A stretch of 64,000 nucleotides of DNA. It comes from Pseudomonadota bacterium. Lineage in GTDB: Bacteria > Pseudomonadota > Alphaproteobacteria > Rhizobiales > Xanthobacteraceae. Below the pieces are notes generated by a model, which had not been told where the DNA came from, ran no database searches, and saw only the letters and a list, made by a program, of their open reading frames with translations. The translations under genes and the position numbers were made by a program. The DNA lies in contig JAEWHP010000001.1 in the NCBI GenBank assembly GCA_023387735.1, positions 12,077 through 76,076 on the forward strand. Direction: 5' to 3'. Numbering within the stretch: position 1 is the first letter of the stretch; every line of letters begins with the position of its first letter. Below, piece after piece: positions 10,073 through 19,196 of the stretch.

Positions 10073-10950
10073 GGCCGCGCTCCCGGACCCGAGATCGGCA
10101 GCCCGTTGGAGACATAGGACAGATAATATTCGACGTTGCGATATTCATCGTCCTGCGGGCTGAGCGGCACGCCACGGATCTGGCTGTTGCAGGTCGTGAA
10201 GCGCCGGCTGGTGGTGCCCATGCCGCTCCACTCCGAGCGATAGATAGGCATCGCATTGACGATGCCGAGCGCGGGCGCGAGAATTTCCGCGCGGATGCGT
10301 TCGCCCGGGCTCTGCACGTGGCAGGTGGCGCAGGAGAAGTTGAGCTGGCCGCGCCGCGTGTAGAAATATTCCTTGCCGGCCTGGTAGGCTTGCAGCGCGC
10401 GCGGGTCGTTCGGGATCTTGATGTCCATCAGCTTGCCGCGCGAGGTGAAGGCCATGTAGGCGGTCAGCGCCGCCATTTCATCCTTGACGTAGGAGAACGG
10501 CGCTTCGCCATTGGCCTCGCGGCAGCGGTTCAGAGCCAATTCGAGCGTGATGACCTTGCCTTCCTTCTCGTCGAAGTAGGGATAGTTCTGGCGGATGCCG
10601 ATGCCCTTGTTGGGGAAGCAGTCCTCGTAGCTCTTGCCGTTCTTGAACGGCTTGGAAAACATTTCCTTGCCCATTTCGAGCGAGAACTCGTAAGGCGGGA
10701 ACTGCTCCTTCTCCTGCCACTGCCGGTGCAGGTCCTCGTTCATCGAGTAGGGACCGTTGACGAAATCCTCGAACTTCACCTTGGGAAACTTGTCGGTGAA
10801 GAATTTCTGGAACGCCTTGGCGTCGGCGACGGGATCGATCTTGTCGGTCGCGGCCTTGTCGGCTGCCGCAGAGGGCAGCGTGCCCGCCACCGTCAGCACC
10901 GCCAGCGCCAGCGCGGCGAAAGCCAGGTAGATTGCGGATCGCAGTTTCAT
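10069..10950 (-). CDS. soxA: SoxA c-type cytochrome (monoheme)
   Basis: RRGQLNFSCATCH motif and catalytic RRFTTCNSQIR; a single CxxCH. Confidence 0.95.
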   Translation of the reverse strand: MKLRSAIYLAFAALALAVLTVAGTLPSAAADKAATDKIDPVADAKAFQKFFTDKFPKVKFEDFVNGPYSMNEDLHRQWQEKEQFPPYEFSLEMGKEMFSKPFKNGKSYEDCFPNKGIGIRQNYPYFDEKEGKVITLELALNRCREANGEAPFSYVKDEMAALTAYMAFTSRGKLMDIKIPNDPRALQAYQAGKEYFYTRRGQLNFSCATCHVQSPGERIRAEILAPALGIVNAMPIYRSEWSGMGTTSRRFTTCNSQIRGVPLSPQDDEYRNVEYYLSYVSNGLPISGPGARP

Positions 10951-11258
10951 TGGATCTTCGCCGTGGTGGTGTCGGTCGCGCCCTTGTTGTCGATCCAGCT
11001 GATCTTCAACTCGTCGCCCTTCTTGGCGCCCTTGAAGGAAAATTTGACGTACGGGTCCTTGGAAACGCCGCCGCCCCAGTCGGCCGCGAACACCGTCTTG
11101 CCGTCGTGTTCGAACTTCAGCTGCGTGATGAAGTGCGGCGGAATGAGCTCGCCCTTGGCGTCCTTGATGAATCCCGAGTCCATCGGGTGCTGGATCAGCG
11201 CCTGCACTTCCGTGTTCTCGCCGCTTGCGGTAGCGCGCACGCGAATGCTCGATGCCAT
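10947..11258 (-). CDS. soxZ: Sulfur carrier subunit SoxZ
   Basis: IQHPMDSG, IPPHFI, GVSKDPY and WIDNKG motifs. Confidence 0.95.
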   Translation of the reverse strand: MASSIRVRATASGENTEVQALIQHPMDSGFIKDAKGELIPPHFITQLKFEHDGKTVFAADWGGGVSKDPYVKFSFKGAKKGDELKISWIDNKGATDTTTAKIQ

Positions 11259-11269
11259 TTGAATACTCC

Positions 11270-11337
11270 CTAGCCTATCGTTTGCACGCGATCATGTCGG
11301 AAAACCGGATGCCGTATTTCCGAAACATGCGCGCTAG
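11270..11337. repeat. 68-bp MITE-like palindrome bounded by CTAG at both ends, at the soxY stop
   Basis: CATGTCGGAAAACCGG...TTTCCGAAACATG; related to the element at 9689-9758. Confidence 0.65.
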
Positions 11338-11822
11338 CCGCCGCAGCCGCCGACGGTGACCTTGACTTCCTTGGTGGCGCTGTAGAGCTTGCCGCCGGCT
11401 TCCACGACCACGGTCACGTTGCTGGTCCGCGCCATCTTGATGCGGTTCGCCACGCTGGCAGCGGTGCCTGCGGGAATCCTGTAGGTCGCGACCAGCGCAA
11501 CCGGATTTTCGCTGACCAGGAAGGCGATCGAGGTCACGTCGGTAAGTGTCGTGGAGACCGATATCGGGACCACGGCGCCGTTCTCCGCGATTTCAGGTGC
11601 GTCCATCTTGACCTTGTCCGAGGGCTCCGGGCTCTGGCCGTAAAGCGCCTTGATCGCGTCGGCTTCGCTCTTCGCCTTGAACGCGTCTTCCGGATATTTG
11701 TCGTTGGCGGCGGCAAGCGCCGGTGTCAGGCCAAAGGGAATGTTGCCGAGGCCGACGAGCACGACCGCACCTGCGCCTTGCAGGATCAGGCGCCTTGTGG
11801 CCGAGAATCCGATGTCACTCAT
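11334..11822 (-). CDS. soxY: Sulfur carrier subunit SoxY
   Basis: Tat signal, APEIAENGAVVP and the C-terminal VTVGGCGG swinging arm. Confidence 0.97.
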   Translation of the reverse strand: MSDIGFSATRRLILQGAGAVVLVGLGNIPFGLTPALAAANDKYPEDAFKAKSEADAIKALYGQSPEPSDKVKMDAPEIAENGAVVPISVSTTLTDVTSIAFLVSENPVALVATYRIPAGTAASVANRIKMARTSNVTVVVEAGGKLYSATKEVKVTVGGCGG

Positions 11823-11861
11823 TTCCGTTCTCCTAAACCGTCCTTGCGTTGTCGCCCGGCG

Positions 11862-12227
11862 TCACAGCGTCTGCAGGAAATCGACCACCGCCTCGATTTC
11901 CTTTGGGGTCAGGATCCGGTTGCGCCCGAACGGCGGCATCACCGTCAGCGGATTGCGCACGGTTTCGTCCGTGATGATGGCGACCAGATCCTCGCGATTG
12001 GGATATTTGCTCTTGATGTCGATCAGCTCCGGCCCGATCGAGCCGGGCAGGATGCCGCCCTTGATGACATGGCAGGTCAGGCAATTGCCCTTGCTGCGGT
12101 CGAACGCGAGTTTTTGGCCTTCGGCCACGGCAGATTGCGCCTGCGCGTCGCCTGTGAACGCGCCGATCGCAAGCGCAAGTGCGAACGCCGGCAGCCGTAC
12201 GTATTTCGTCAGGGGTTGGTCGATCAC
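11862..12227 (-). CDS. soxX: SoxX c-type cytochrome
   Basis: KGNCLTCH, GSIGPEL and MPPFG motifs. GTG start at 12227 chosen because it gives a signal peptide. Confidence 0.9.
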   Translation of the reverse strand: MIDQPLTKYVRLPAFALALAIGAFTGDAQAQSAVAEGQKLAFDRSKGNCLTCHVIKGGILPGSIGPELIDIKSKYPNREDLVAIITDETVRNPLTVMPPFGRNRILTPKEIEAVVDFLQTL

Positions 12228-12244
12228 AGGCGTTTCCGTCGTTT

Positions 12245-12922
12245 CTATTTTGGTTGCATCGTGTCGAGCGGTCCGGTCGTGCGTGGCGTCAGGTTCTTGC
12301 CTTCGGCCGTCGACGATATCCTGAGCCCGGCCGCGTCGGCGCATGCGCTCATGCAGGGTTGCGCTTTCGTATCAGGTCGAGGGTCTGTCCAAATGAAACT
12401 GTCGCGATTGCGCATTTTGACTTTCGGCAAGCTGGTGCGATCGGCGACGAATTCATTGGGAACGAGGTCGTTCAGGTTCAGAATATAGGCGGTCAAAGCA
12501 TAAACGTCATCCGCTGACAATGTGTGCGGCGCAGGCATCGGCATGGCGCGGTTAATATAGTCCCACAGGGTCGGGGCAAACGGCCAGTAGCTGCCGACCG
12601 TCGGCTCCGGGCGCTCGTCCCGAAGCGATCCGACGCCGCCCACGAGCTTGGGAAAGCGGCCTTCACCTTCGCCGAAGGTTCCATGACAGGCCGCGCATTG
12701 CTCGGCGTAGACGTCTGCTCCCCGGTCGACCGTGCCCTTGCCCGGCGGCAGGCCTGCGCCATCCTCGCCGCGCGCATCGATGTCCCATCCGGCGATCTGT
12801 TCGGGCGTCGCTGCGCTGCCGTAGCTGAAATGACCGGGCTCGGCCGCGCCTGCGAAATCAGCGGCCGTCGTCGCAAGCAGTGCTGCGGCGAGCAACAGGC
12901 TGAGCTTACGCGAGCTGTACAT
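12245..12922 (-). CDS. soxD: SoxD cytochrome c subunit (monoheme)
   Basis: GLPPGKG, CAACHG and TVGSYWPFAPTLWDYINRAMP motifs; overlaps the soxC end. Confidence 0.9.
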   Translation of the reverse strand: MYSSRKLSLLLAAALLATTAADFAGAAEPGHFSYGSAATPEQIAGWDIDARGEDGAGLPPGKGTVDRGADVYAEQCAACHGTFGEGEGRFPKLVGGVGSLRDERPEPTVGSYWPFAPTLWDYINRAMPMPAPHTLSADDVYALTAYILNLNDLVPNEFVADRTSLPKVKMRNRDSFIWTDPRPDTKAQPCMSACADAAGLRISSTAEGKNLTPRTTGPLDTMQPK

Positions 12923-14213
12923 TGAAGACGCTCCCGTCGGGCTTGACCTGCCAGGTCTGAATCGAATTGTTGTGATAGATCGAGTTCGAGCCGCGCTGCT
13001 GCCGCAACTGCGCAATCGTCGGCTGCACGTAATCGGTCTCGTCGATGACGCGGGATGCCACCAGCGCCGGCCGGCCGTCCCATCGCCAGGGCAGGGAGAA
13101 TCTCGTCAGTGCCTTCGACAGCACCGGATCGTGCAGTCGCGCGGTCTCCCAGTTGACGCCGCCATCCATCGAGACGTCGACGCGCTTGACCTTGCCGTTG
13201 CCGGTCCAGGCCAGTCCCCTGATCTCGTAGAGGCCGGGGCCGTCGAGCGGCTTTTCCGGGCAGGGAAAGGTGACGACGGACTTGGCGTCGATCAGCCACG
13301 TAAACCCGCGCGACCTGCCGTCCGGCATCAGGTCGGTGTATTTCGAGGTTTCCTCGCGGGAATGCCAGGGCTTTTCGCCGAGCTTGATCCGGCGCAGCCA
13401 TTTGATGTTGACGTTGCCTTCCCAGCCCGGCACCACCAGCCGCAGCGGATAGCCCTGTTCGGGCCGCAGCGCTTCGCCGTTCTGCGCGTAGACCACGAGG
13501 CAATCGTCGAGACATTTGTCGAGCGGCAGGCTGCGGTTCATGTGCGCGCCATCGGCGCCCTCGACCATCGCCCACTTCGCCTCTTTCCGGACGCCCACTT
13601 CTTCCAGCAGCGTCGACAGCTTGACGCCGGTCCACTCGGCACAACTGATCATGCCGTGGCTGAACTGCAGCGAGTTCATCTGCGCGGCGCGCCAGTTCAT
13701 GCCGCCATTGGCCGGGCATTCGATGAAATGAATGCGCGACACTGACGGGAAGCGCAGGATGTCCTTCATGGTGAGGAGCAGCGGACGCTCGACGAGGCCG
13801 TGGATCATCAGTTTGTGTTGAGCGGGATCGATATCCGCCCGTCCGGCATGATGGCGTTCGAAGAACAGCCCGTTGGGTGTGATGATGCCGTGCAGATCCT
13901 GCAGCGGCGAAAAGCTGACGGAGGATTCGGTTCCGGCGGTGAGCCAGGGGACGTTGCGCCGGATCACGGAGGCTTCCGGGTCGGCGGGCCTGCCATAAGG
14001 CCGATCCACCACGCCGGCGCCGATCGATTGCGACCAGGGTGCGTCGGCCGGAGGAGATGCTGGCGCAGGGTCGGCAATGGCGGGGCGAGCGCCGAGGGCG
14101 AGGCTGCCGGTCACTGCAGCGCCAAGGCCGAGGAAGCCGCGGCGCCCCATCGGCCGCGACGGGCCGGAAGGATCGGAGAGAATCGTTTTGTCGCGAAAAG
14201 AGTTCCGCCGCAC
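12906..14213 (-). CDS. soxC: SoxC molybdopterin sulfane/sulfite dehydrogenase subunit
   Basis: Tat motif RRGFL; GIITPNGLFFERHH, FIECPANG and EQGYPLRLVVPGWEG motifs; GGGGAAG RBS before the GTG. Confidence 0.95.
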   Translation of the reverse strand: MRRNSFRDKTILSDPSGPSRPMGRRGFLGLGAAVTGSLALGARPAIADPAPASPPADAPWSQSIGAGVVDRPYGRPADPEASVIRRNVPWLTAGTESSVSFSPLQDLHGIITPNGLFFERHHAGRADIDPAQHKLMIHGLVERPLLLTMKDILRFPSVSRIHFIECPANGGMNWRAAQMNSLQFSHGMISCAEWTGVKLSTLLEEVGVRKEAKWAMVEGADGAHMNRSLPLDKCLDDCLVVYAQNGEALRPEQGYPLRLVVPGWEGNVNIKWLRRIKLGEKPWHSREETSKYTDLMPDGRSRGFTWLIDAKSVVTFPCPEKPLDGPGLYEIRGLAWTGNGKVKRVDVSMDGGVNWETARLHDPVLSKALTRFSLPWRWDGRPALVASRVIDETDYVQPTIAQLRQQRGSNSIYHNNSIQTWQVKPDGSVFNVQLA

Positions 14214-14275
14214 GTTTTCTTCCCCTTGCGGCCGCCTCGCCGCATTATTTATTGCTTTTTCGAACCGGTAGCCAC

Positions 14276-14304
14276 ATTTGCTAATTTAGTCAATTCTAAT
14301 TTAT
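14276..14304. promoter_or_regulatory. Putative ArsR-family operator between soxC and the regulator
   Basis: AT-rich island with direct repeat CTAATTTA (14281, 14296) and inverted repeat TTAG-N6-CTAA. Confidence 0.5.
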
Positions 14305-14368
14305 GGCGAGGCAGTGCTATGATATCCGCACTTCGCAGGTGCGGAAAACCACTCTGGATAATGCAGTT

Positions 14369-14722
14369 ATGACGGCAGCCGAACAGGCTCAATTGGCCCG
14401 TGGCGCCAGCGATGCGGCGGCGCTGAAAAAACTGGTGAAGCAGGCCGGTGGCGCTGCGCAACTGCTGAAAATGCTCGCCAACGAGAAGCGCCTCCTGATC
14501 CTTTGCTTCCTGGCCGCGCGCGGCGAGATGACGGTGGGGGAACTCGTCGGCGTCGTGAAGCTGAGCCAGTCGGCGTTGTCGCAGCATCTTGCGAAGCTGC
14601 GCGCCGACGGCCTCGTGGAATTCCGGCGGGCCTCGCAGACCCTGCATTACCGTGTCGCCGACCAGCGCGCGCTGCGGCTGCTGCAGGTGCTGAAAGACAT
14701 CTATTGTGGCGACGTAAAGTGA
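14369..14722 (+). CDS. ArsR/SmtB regulator, BigR/SqrR/SoxR persulfide-sensing type
   Basis: LKMLANEKRLLILCFL, SQSALSQHLAKLR and C-terminal IYC supply the two Cys typical of this subfamily. Start uncertain (14303 or 14369). Confidence 0.85.
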   Translation: MTAAEQAQLARGASDAAALKKLVKQAGGAAQLLKMLANEKRLLILCFLAARGEMTVGELVGVVKLSQSALSQHLAKLRADGLVEFRRASQTLHYRVADQRALRLLQVLKDIYCGDVK

Positions 14723-14769
14723 CGCGCGGCGCGTAACAATCCGGCTCAAGCGGTTGCGGCGAGGTTGAT

Positions 14770-15447
14770 GTGGCTGAGTTCGTGGTGGAGTTCGGCAAGG
14801 ATGGCCGGCCGGTCGAAGCGGACGGCCGTCTCGATGCGGCGGCGTTTCACCGCAATCATGCGCCGATCTGGGCCGTGCTGGAAAAATTCCTCGCAGGCCA
14901 ATCCGGCGATGTGGTGGAGGTCGGAAGCGGCACCGGCCAGCATGTCGTCCATTTCGCAACGCATGCGCCTCGCATCACGTGGTGGCCGAGCGATCTCAAC
15001 GAAAACCACCTGAAGAGCATCGAGGCATGGCGCGCGCATTCCGGCCTGGCGAACATTCGTCGACCGCTGCGCATCGATCTCACCGATCCCGCCTGGTGTC
15101 CGCAAATGCACGATGCCAGCGGACCCGCTGGCCTGCTGGCGGTGTTTTGCGCCAACGTGGTTCACATCGCGCCATGGCGGGTCGCCGAGGGCCTGTTCGA
15201 CGGCGCGGCGCGCTACCTGCGCAGCGACGGCAGGCTGTTTCTCTATGGCCCCTTCAAGCGCGACGGCAGGCACACCGCGCTGAGCAACGCCGTATTCGAC
15301 ACCAGCCTTCGCGAGCAGAACCCCGAATGGGGTGTGCGTGACATCGCCGATCTCGAGAAGCTCGCGGAGGCGGTGGGTTTGGCATTGATCGAAACCACGG
15401 AGATGCCGGCCAACAACATGATTTTGGCCTTCGCGCGATCCACCTAA
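14770..15447 (+). CDS. DUF938-family SAM-dependent methyltransferase
   Basis: VVEVGSGTGQH, WWPSD, NVVHIAPW, LYGPF and MPANN motifs. Confidence 0.85.
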   Translation: MAEFVVEFGKDGRPVEADGRLDAAAFHRNHAPIWAVLEKFLAGQSGDVVEVGSGTGQHVVHFATHAPRITWWPSDLNENHLKSIEAWRAHSGLANIRRPLRIDLTDPAWCPQMHDASGPAGLLAVFCANVVHIAPWRVAEGLFDGAARYLRSDGRLFLYGPFKRDGRHTALSNAVFDTSLREQNPEWGVRDIADLEKLAEAVGLALIETTEMPANNMILAFARST

Positions 15448-15563
15448 GGCGACACGCGCGCATAGCGCGCGCCCGTTTGCGTCGGTTGATCGCATCCCTT
15501 CGTATCTCCATAGTGCCGGAAATCGATCGATGAGGCTCCCCGCCCGGGGTTAGCCGGGCGGGA

Positions 15564-16811
15564 ATGCCGATGGACGCGACTGCCACCAGGGAGATAGCCG
15601 ACGACGCGCGTGCGCGCGCCAATGTGCTGCGGCTCGCGGCGGCGCAGGCGTTGACCGGGGCCAATTCGGCGGTGATTTTCGCCACCGGCTCGATCGTCGG
15701 CGCGACGCTGGCGCCCGACGTCTCGCTCGCCACCGTGCCGCTGTCGATGTACGTGCTGGGCCTTGCCGCGGGCACGCTGCCGACCGGCGCGATTTCGCGG
15801 GCCTATGGCCGCCGCGTCGCCTTCATCATCGGCACCTTCTGCGGCGTCCTCACCGGCCTGCTCGGCGCGTTCGCGATCCTGCATGCGCAGTTCTGGCTGT
15901 TTTGCTGCGCGACCTTCCTCGGTGGGCTCTATGGTGCGGTGGCGCAATCCTATCGCTTCGCCGCCGCCGACGGCGCCAGCGTCGCATTCCGTCCCAAGGC
16001 CTTGTCGTGGGTAATGGCGGGCGGCGTGTTCGCCGGCGTGCTTGGCCCGCAACTCGTGCAGTGGACCATGGACATCTGGCCGCCCTACCTGTTTTCCTTC
16101 TCGTTCGTGGTGCAGGCCGTCGTCGCGCTGGTGGCGATGGCAGTGCTGTCGGGTGTGGATGCGCCGAAGCCCGCGCCGTCGGATCTGCATGGCGGCCGGC
16201 CGCTGTTCGAGATCGCGCGGCAGCCGCGCTTCATCGCCGCAGCACTGTGCGGCGTGATCGCCTATCCCATGATGAACCTGGTGATGACCTCGGCGCCGCT
16301 CGCCATGAAGATGTGCGGGCTTACCGTCAGCGATTCCAATTTCGGCATCCAGTGGCACATCGTGGCGATGTACGGGCCGAGCTTCTTTACCGGTTCGCTG
16401 ATCGCGCGCTTCGGCGCGCCCACGATCGTGGCGCTCGGCCTGGTGCTGGAGGGCGCCGCCGCCGCGATCGGACTCTCGGGTATTACCGCGTTGCATTTCT
16501 GGGCCACGCTGATCGTGCTCGGGGTCGGTTGGAACTTCGCCTTCATCGGCGCTTCCGCGATGGTGCTGGAAACGCACCGGCCGCAGGAGCGCAACAAGGT
16601 GCAGGCCTTCAACGATTTCCTGGTGTTCGGGATGATGGCGCTCGGATCGTTCTCGTCCGGCCAGTTGCTGGCGCATTACGGCTGGTCGATGGTCAACATG
16701 GTGGTGTTCCCGCCGGTGCTGCTCGGGCTTGTGGTGTTGTCGCTTGCATCGTTCGCCAAACGGCGCGCAAGATCGCGGACGGTCGAGCAAGTTCCCGATC
16801 CGGGTATCTAA
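15564..16811 (+). CDS. MFS transporter
   Basis: About 12 hydrophobic segments; YGRR and YRFAAAD motifs. Confidence 0.85.
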   Translation: MPMDATATREIADDARARANVLRLAAAQALTGANSAVIFATGSIVGATLAPDVSLATVPLSMYVLGLAAGTLPTGAISRAYGRRVAFIIGTFCGVLTGLLGAFAILHAQFWLFCCATFLGGLYGAVAQSYRFAAADGASVAFRPKALSWVMAGGVFAGVLGPQLVQWTMDIWPPYLFSFSFVVQAVVALVAMAVLSGVDAPKPAPSDLHGGRPLFEIARQPRFIAAALCGVIAYPMMNLVMTSAPLAMKMCGLTVSDSNFGIQWHIVAMYGPSFFTGSLIARFGAPTIVALGLVLEGAAAAIGLSGITALHFWATLIVLGVGWNFAFIGASAMVLETHRPQERNKVQAFNDFLVFGMMALGSFSSGQLLAHYGWSMVNMVVFPPVLLGLVVLSLASFAKRRARSRTVEQVPDPGI

Positions 16812-16828
16812 CTATTGCTGGAGGGCCC

Positions 16829-17188
16829 ATGCCGTCGCGTGCCCGTCTCGATGAGTTCATCGCGGCCGTCGTCTCCGGCGATCATGCCGGCGCGATCGAA
16901 CGCTACTACACGGAAGACGCCAGCATGCAGGAGAATGCCGCGCCGCCGCGGGTCGGCCGCGACGTGCTCGTGGCGCATGAGCGCGCGGTGCTGGAACGGG
17001 TCAAGAGCGTGACATCGACCTGCGTCGCCTCGGTGGTCGAGGGCGACCGTGTCGCGATCAACTGGGTGTTCGAGTTCATCTATCATTCCGGCAAGACCGG
17101 CCGCTTCGACGAGGTCGCGCTGCAGGAATGGCGCGGCGACAGGATTTTTCGCGAGCGGTTCTTCTACGATCCGGGCAAGCCGGCATAG
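16829..17188 (+). CDS. SnoaL/NTF2-like protein
   Basis: GGAGG RBS; YYTEDASMQEN and DEVALQEWRGDRIFRERFFYD motifs. Confidence 0.8.
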   Translation: MPSRARLDEFIAAVVSGDHAGAIERYYTEDASMQENAAPPRVGRDVLVAHERAVLERVKSVTSTCVASVVEGDRVAINWVFEFIYHSGKTGRFDEVALQEWRGDRIFRERFFYDPGKPA

Positions 17189-17247
17189 CTGACATCTGCT
17201 GACAGTTCGGCGTGGGTCGAAGCGATTGACATTTCGATCTGCTACCA

Positions 17248-17338
17248 GTCGTCATGCCCGGCTTGACCTGGGCATCCACGTCTTCTCCCCTCGTAGAGGG
17301 CAAGACTTCATGGCCGGGACAAGCCCGGCCATGACGAC
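17248..17338. repeat. REP-like doublet (GTCATGCCCGG...CCGGCCATGAC family)
   Basis: Terminal GTCGTCATG and CATGACGAC inverted arms with two internal hairpins. Confidence 0.85.
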
Positions 17339-17361
17339 GTAAAGCAAAGAAGCAAGAAGCC

Positions 17362-18600
17362 TTGGACGCCTCCACTCACACCTCCATCGACGAAACCTCG
17401 ATCCGCTACGACGGCTGGCGCATCGTCGTCGTCTGCTTCCTGCTCGCTACCTTCGGCTGGGCCTTCGGCTTCTATGGACAGAGCGTCTACGTCGCCGAGT
17501 TGCAGCGGTTGCACGGCTGGCCGGCGTCGCTGATCTCGGCTGGCACGACGTTCTTCTATCTGTCGGGCGCGGCGCTCGTCGCCTTTGTCAGCGAGGCGAT
17601 CAAGGGATTCGGGCCCCGCAATTGCATGATCGCGGGCATCTGCACGATGGCGGTGGCCGCGATCTCAATCGGTCGGGTGCATGAGCCCTGGCAGCTCTTT
17701 CTCGCCAACGCCGTGCTCGCGTTTGGCTGGGCAGGGACCAGCCTCGGCATGATCACCAACACGCTCGGTCTCTGGTTCGACAAAAAACGGGGCATGGCGA
17801 TCAGCCTGGCCCTGAATGGCGCGAGCTTTGGCGGTATCGCCGGCGTGCCGCTGCTGGTGGCCGCGATCGGCCAATTCGGGTTTTCGGGCGGGATGACCGC
17901 CTCGGCCGTGGTGATGGTCGTGGTGATGATTCCGGTGATCCTGCTGTTCATGGGGCAGCCGCCCGCTCATGCGAGCGCGAGCGTCGTCGGTGCCGCCGAC
18001 GCGCCGTCGCCGACGCAGATCCGCGCCCGCGCATTTCGCGACATCGGCTTCCTGTCGGTGTCGGCGGCGTTCGCATTGGTGCTGTTCGCACAGGTCGGCT
18101 TCATCGTTCACCTGATCTCGTTTCTGGATTCGGTGATTGGCCGGCAACAGGCGGCGCTGGCGGTGGCGGTGCTGACCGCGATGGCGGTGGTCGGGCGGGT
18201 GCTGTTCTCATTCGTGATCGACCGTATGAACCAGCGGCTGGCGTCGTCGCTGTCGTTTGTCAGCCAGGCAGTGGCGCTGCTCGTCGTCATCAACATCCAC
18301 AATGACTACGCACTGATCGCAGCCTGCGCGCTGTTCGGCTTCTCGGTCGGCAATCTGATCACGCTGCCGGCGCTGATCGTGCAGCGCGAGTTCGATCCGC
18401 GTTCGTTCGGCGTGCTGGTCAGCCTGATCACGGCGATCAACCAGATCACCTACGCGTTCGGCCCCGGCGTGATCGGCTTGCTGCGCGATGTATCGGGTGG
18501 TTACACGCTGCCATTCTACGGCTGCATCGCGCTGGAACTGATAGCCGCCGTGCTGATCATGATTCGCGGGCGGCCTCGTCATTCCGGGCTGGTGCGCTAG
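17362..18600 (+). CDS. MFS transporter (OFA/MCT-like)
   Basis: YDGWRIV and WFDKKRGMAISLA motifs; about 12 TM segments; TTG start. Confidence 0.85.
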   Translation: MDASTHTSIDETSIRYDGWRIVVVCFLLATFGWAFGFYGQSVYVAELQRLHGWPASLISAGTTFFYLSGAALVAFVSEAIKGFGPRNCMIAGICTMAVAAISIGRVHEPWQLFLANAVLAFGWAGTSLGMITNTLGLWFDKKRGMAISLALNGASFGGIAGVPLLVAAIGQFGFSGGMTASAVVMVVVMIPVILLFMGQPPAHASASVVGAADAPSPTQIRARAFRDIGFLSVSAAFALVLFAQVGFIVHLISFLDSVIGRQQAALAVAVLTAMAVVGRVLFSFVIDRMNQRLASSLSFVSQAVALLVVINIHNDYALIAACALFGFSVGNLITLPALIVQREFDPRSFGVLVSLITAINQITYAFGPGVIGLLRDVSGGYTLPFYGCIALELIAAVLIMIRGRPRHSGLVR

Positions 18601-18659
18601 CACCAGACCCGGAATCTCGAGATTCCGGGTTCGATGCTGCGCATCGCCCCGGAATGACG
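18577..18659. repeat. REP-like doublet (CGTCATTCCGGG...CCCGGAATCTCGAGATTCCGGG...CCCGGAATGACG)
   Basis: Palindromic element that contains the MFS stop codon. Confidence 0.9.
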
Positions 18660-18666
18660 GCGAAAG

Positions 18667-19161
18667 TCATGCTTCCCGTGCCCTCAACAGGTCCTCGAGA
18701 TCGAGCCGTTTCGTGAACATCGCGAGCGATCCATCCGGCGCGCGCGGCCATTCTTCCGCAGGCCGGTCGCGATAGAGCTCCACGCCGTTCTCATCGGGAT
18801 CGCGCAGATAGAGCGCCTCGCTGACGCCATGGTCGCTGGCGCCGTCGAGCTGAATGCCGGCCTCGATCACGCGATGCAGCGCATCCGCCAGCGCCGCGCG
18901 CGTGGGATAGAGAATGGCGGTGTGAAACAGACCGGTCGTGCCTGGCGGCGGTGGGTGGCCGCCCTTGCTTTCCCAGGTATTGAGCCCGATGTGATGGTGA
19001 TAGCCGCCGGCCGAAATGAACGCCGCACCGGAACCCATCCGCTGCATCACCTCGAAGCCGAGCACGCCGCAATAAAAGCCGAGCGCACGATCGAGATCGG
19101 CGACCTTGAGATGGACATGCCCGATCCGCGTACCGGCGATGACGGGTGGATTCTGAGGCAT
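18667..19161 (-). CDS. VOC/glyoxalase-family protein (CatE-like)
   Basis: IGHVHLKVADL, GGYHHHIGLNTW and DHGVSEALYLRDPDENGVELY motifs. Confidence 0.85.
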   Translation of the reverse strand: MPQNPPVIAGTRIGHVHLKVADLDRALGFYCGVLGFEVMQRMGSGAAFISAGGYHHHIGLNTWESKGGHPPPPGTTGLFHTAILYPTRAALADALHRVIEAGIQLDGASDHGVSEALYLRDPDENGVELYRDRPAEEWPRAPDGSLAMFTKRLDLEDLLRAREA

Positions 19162-19196
19162 GCACTTCTCCTGCGTTCCGGCCGTCTCAAGGCGAT

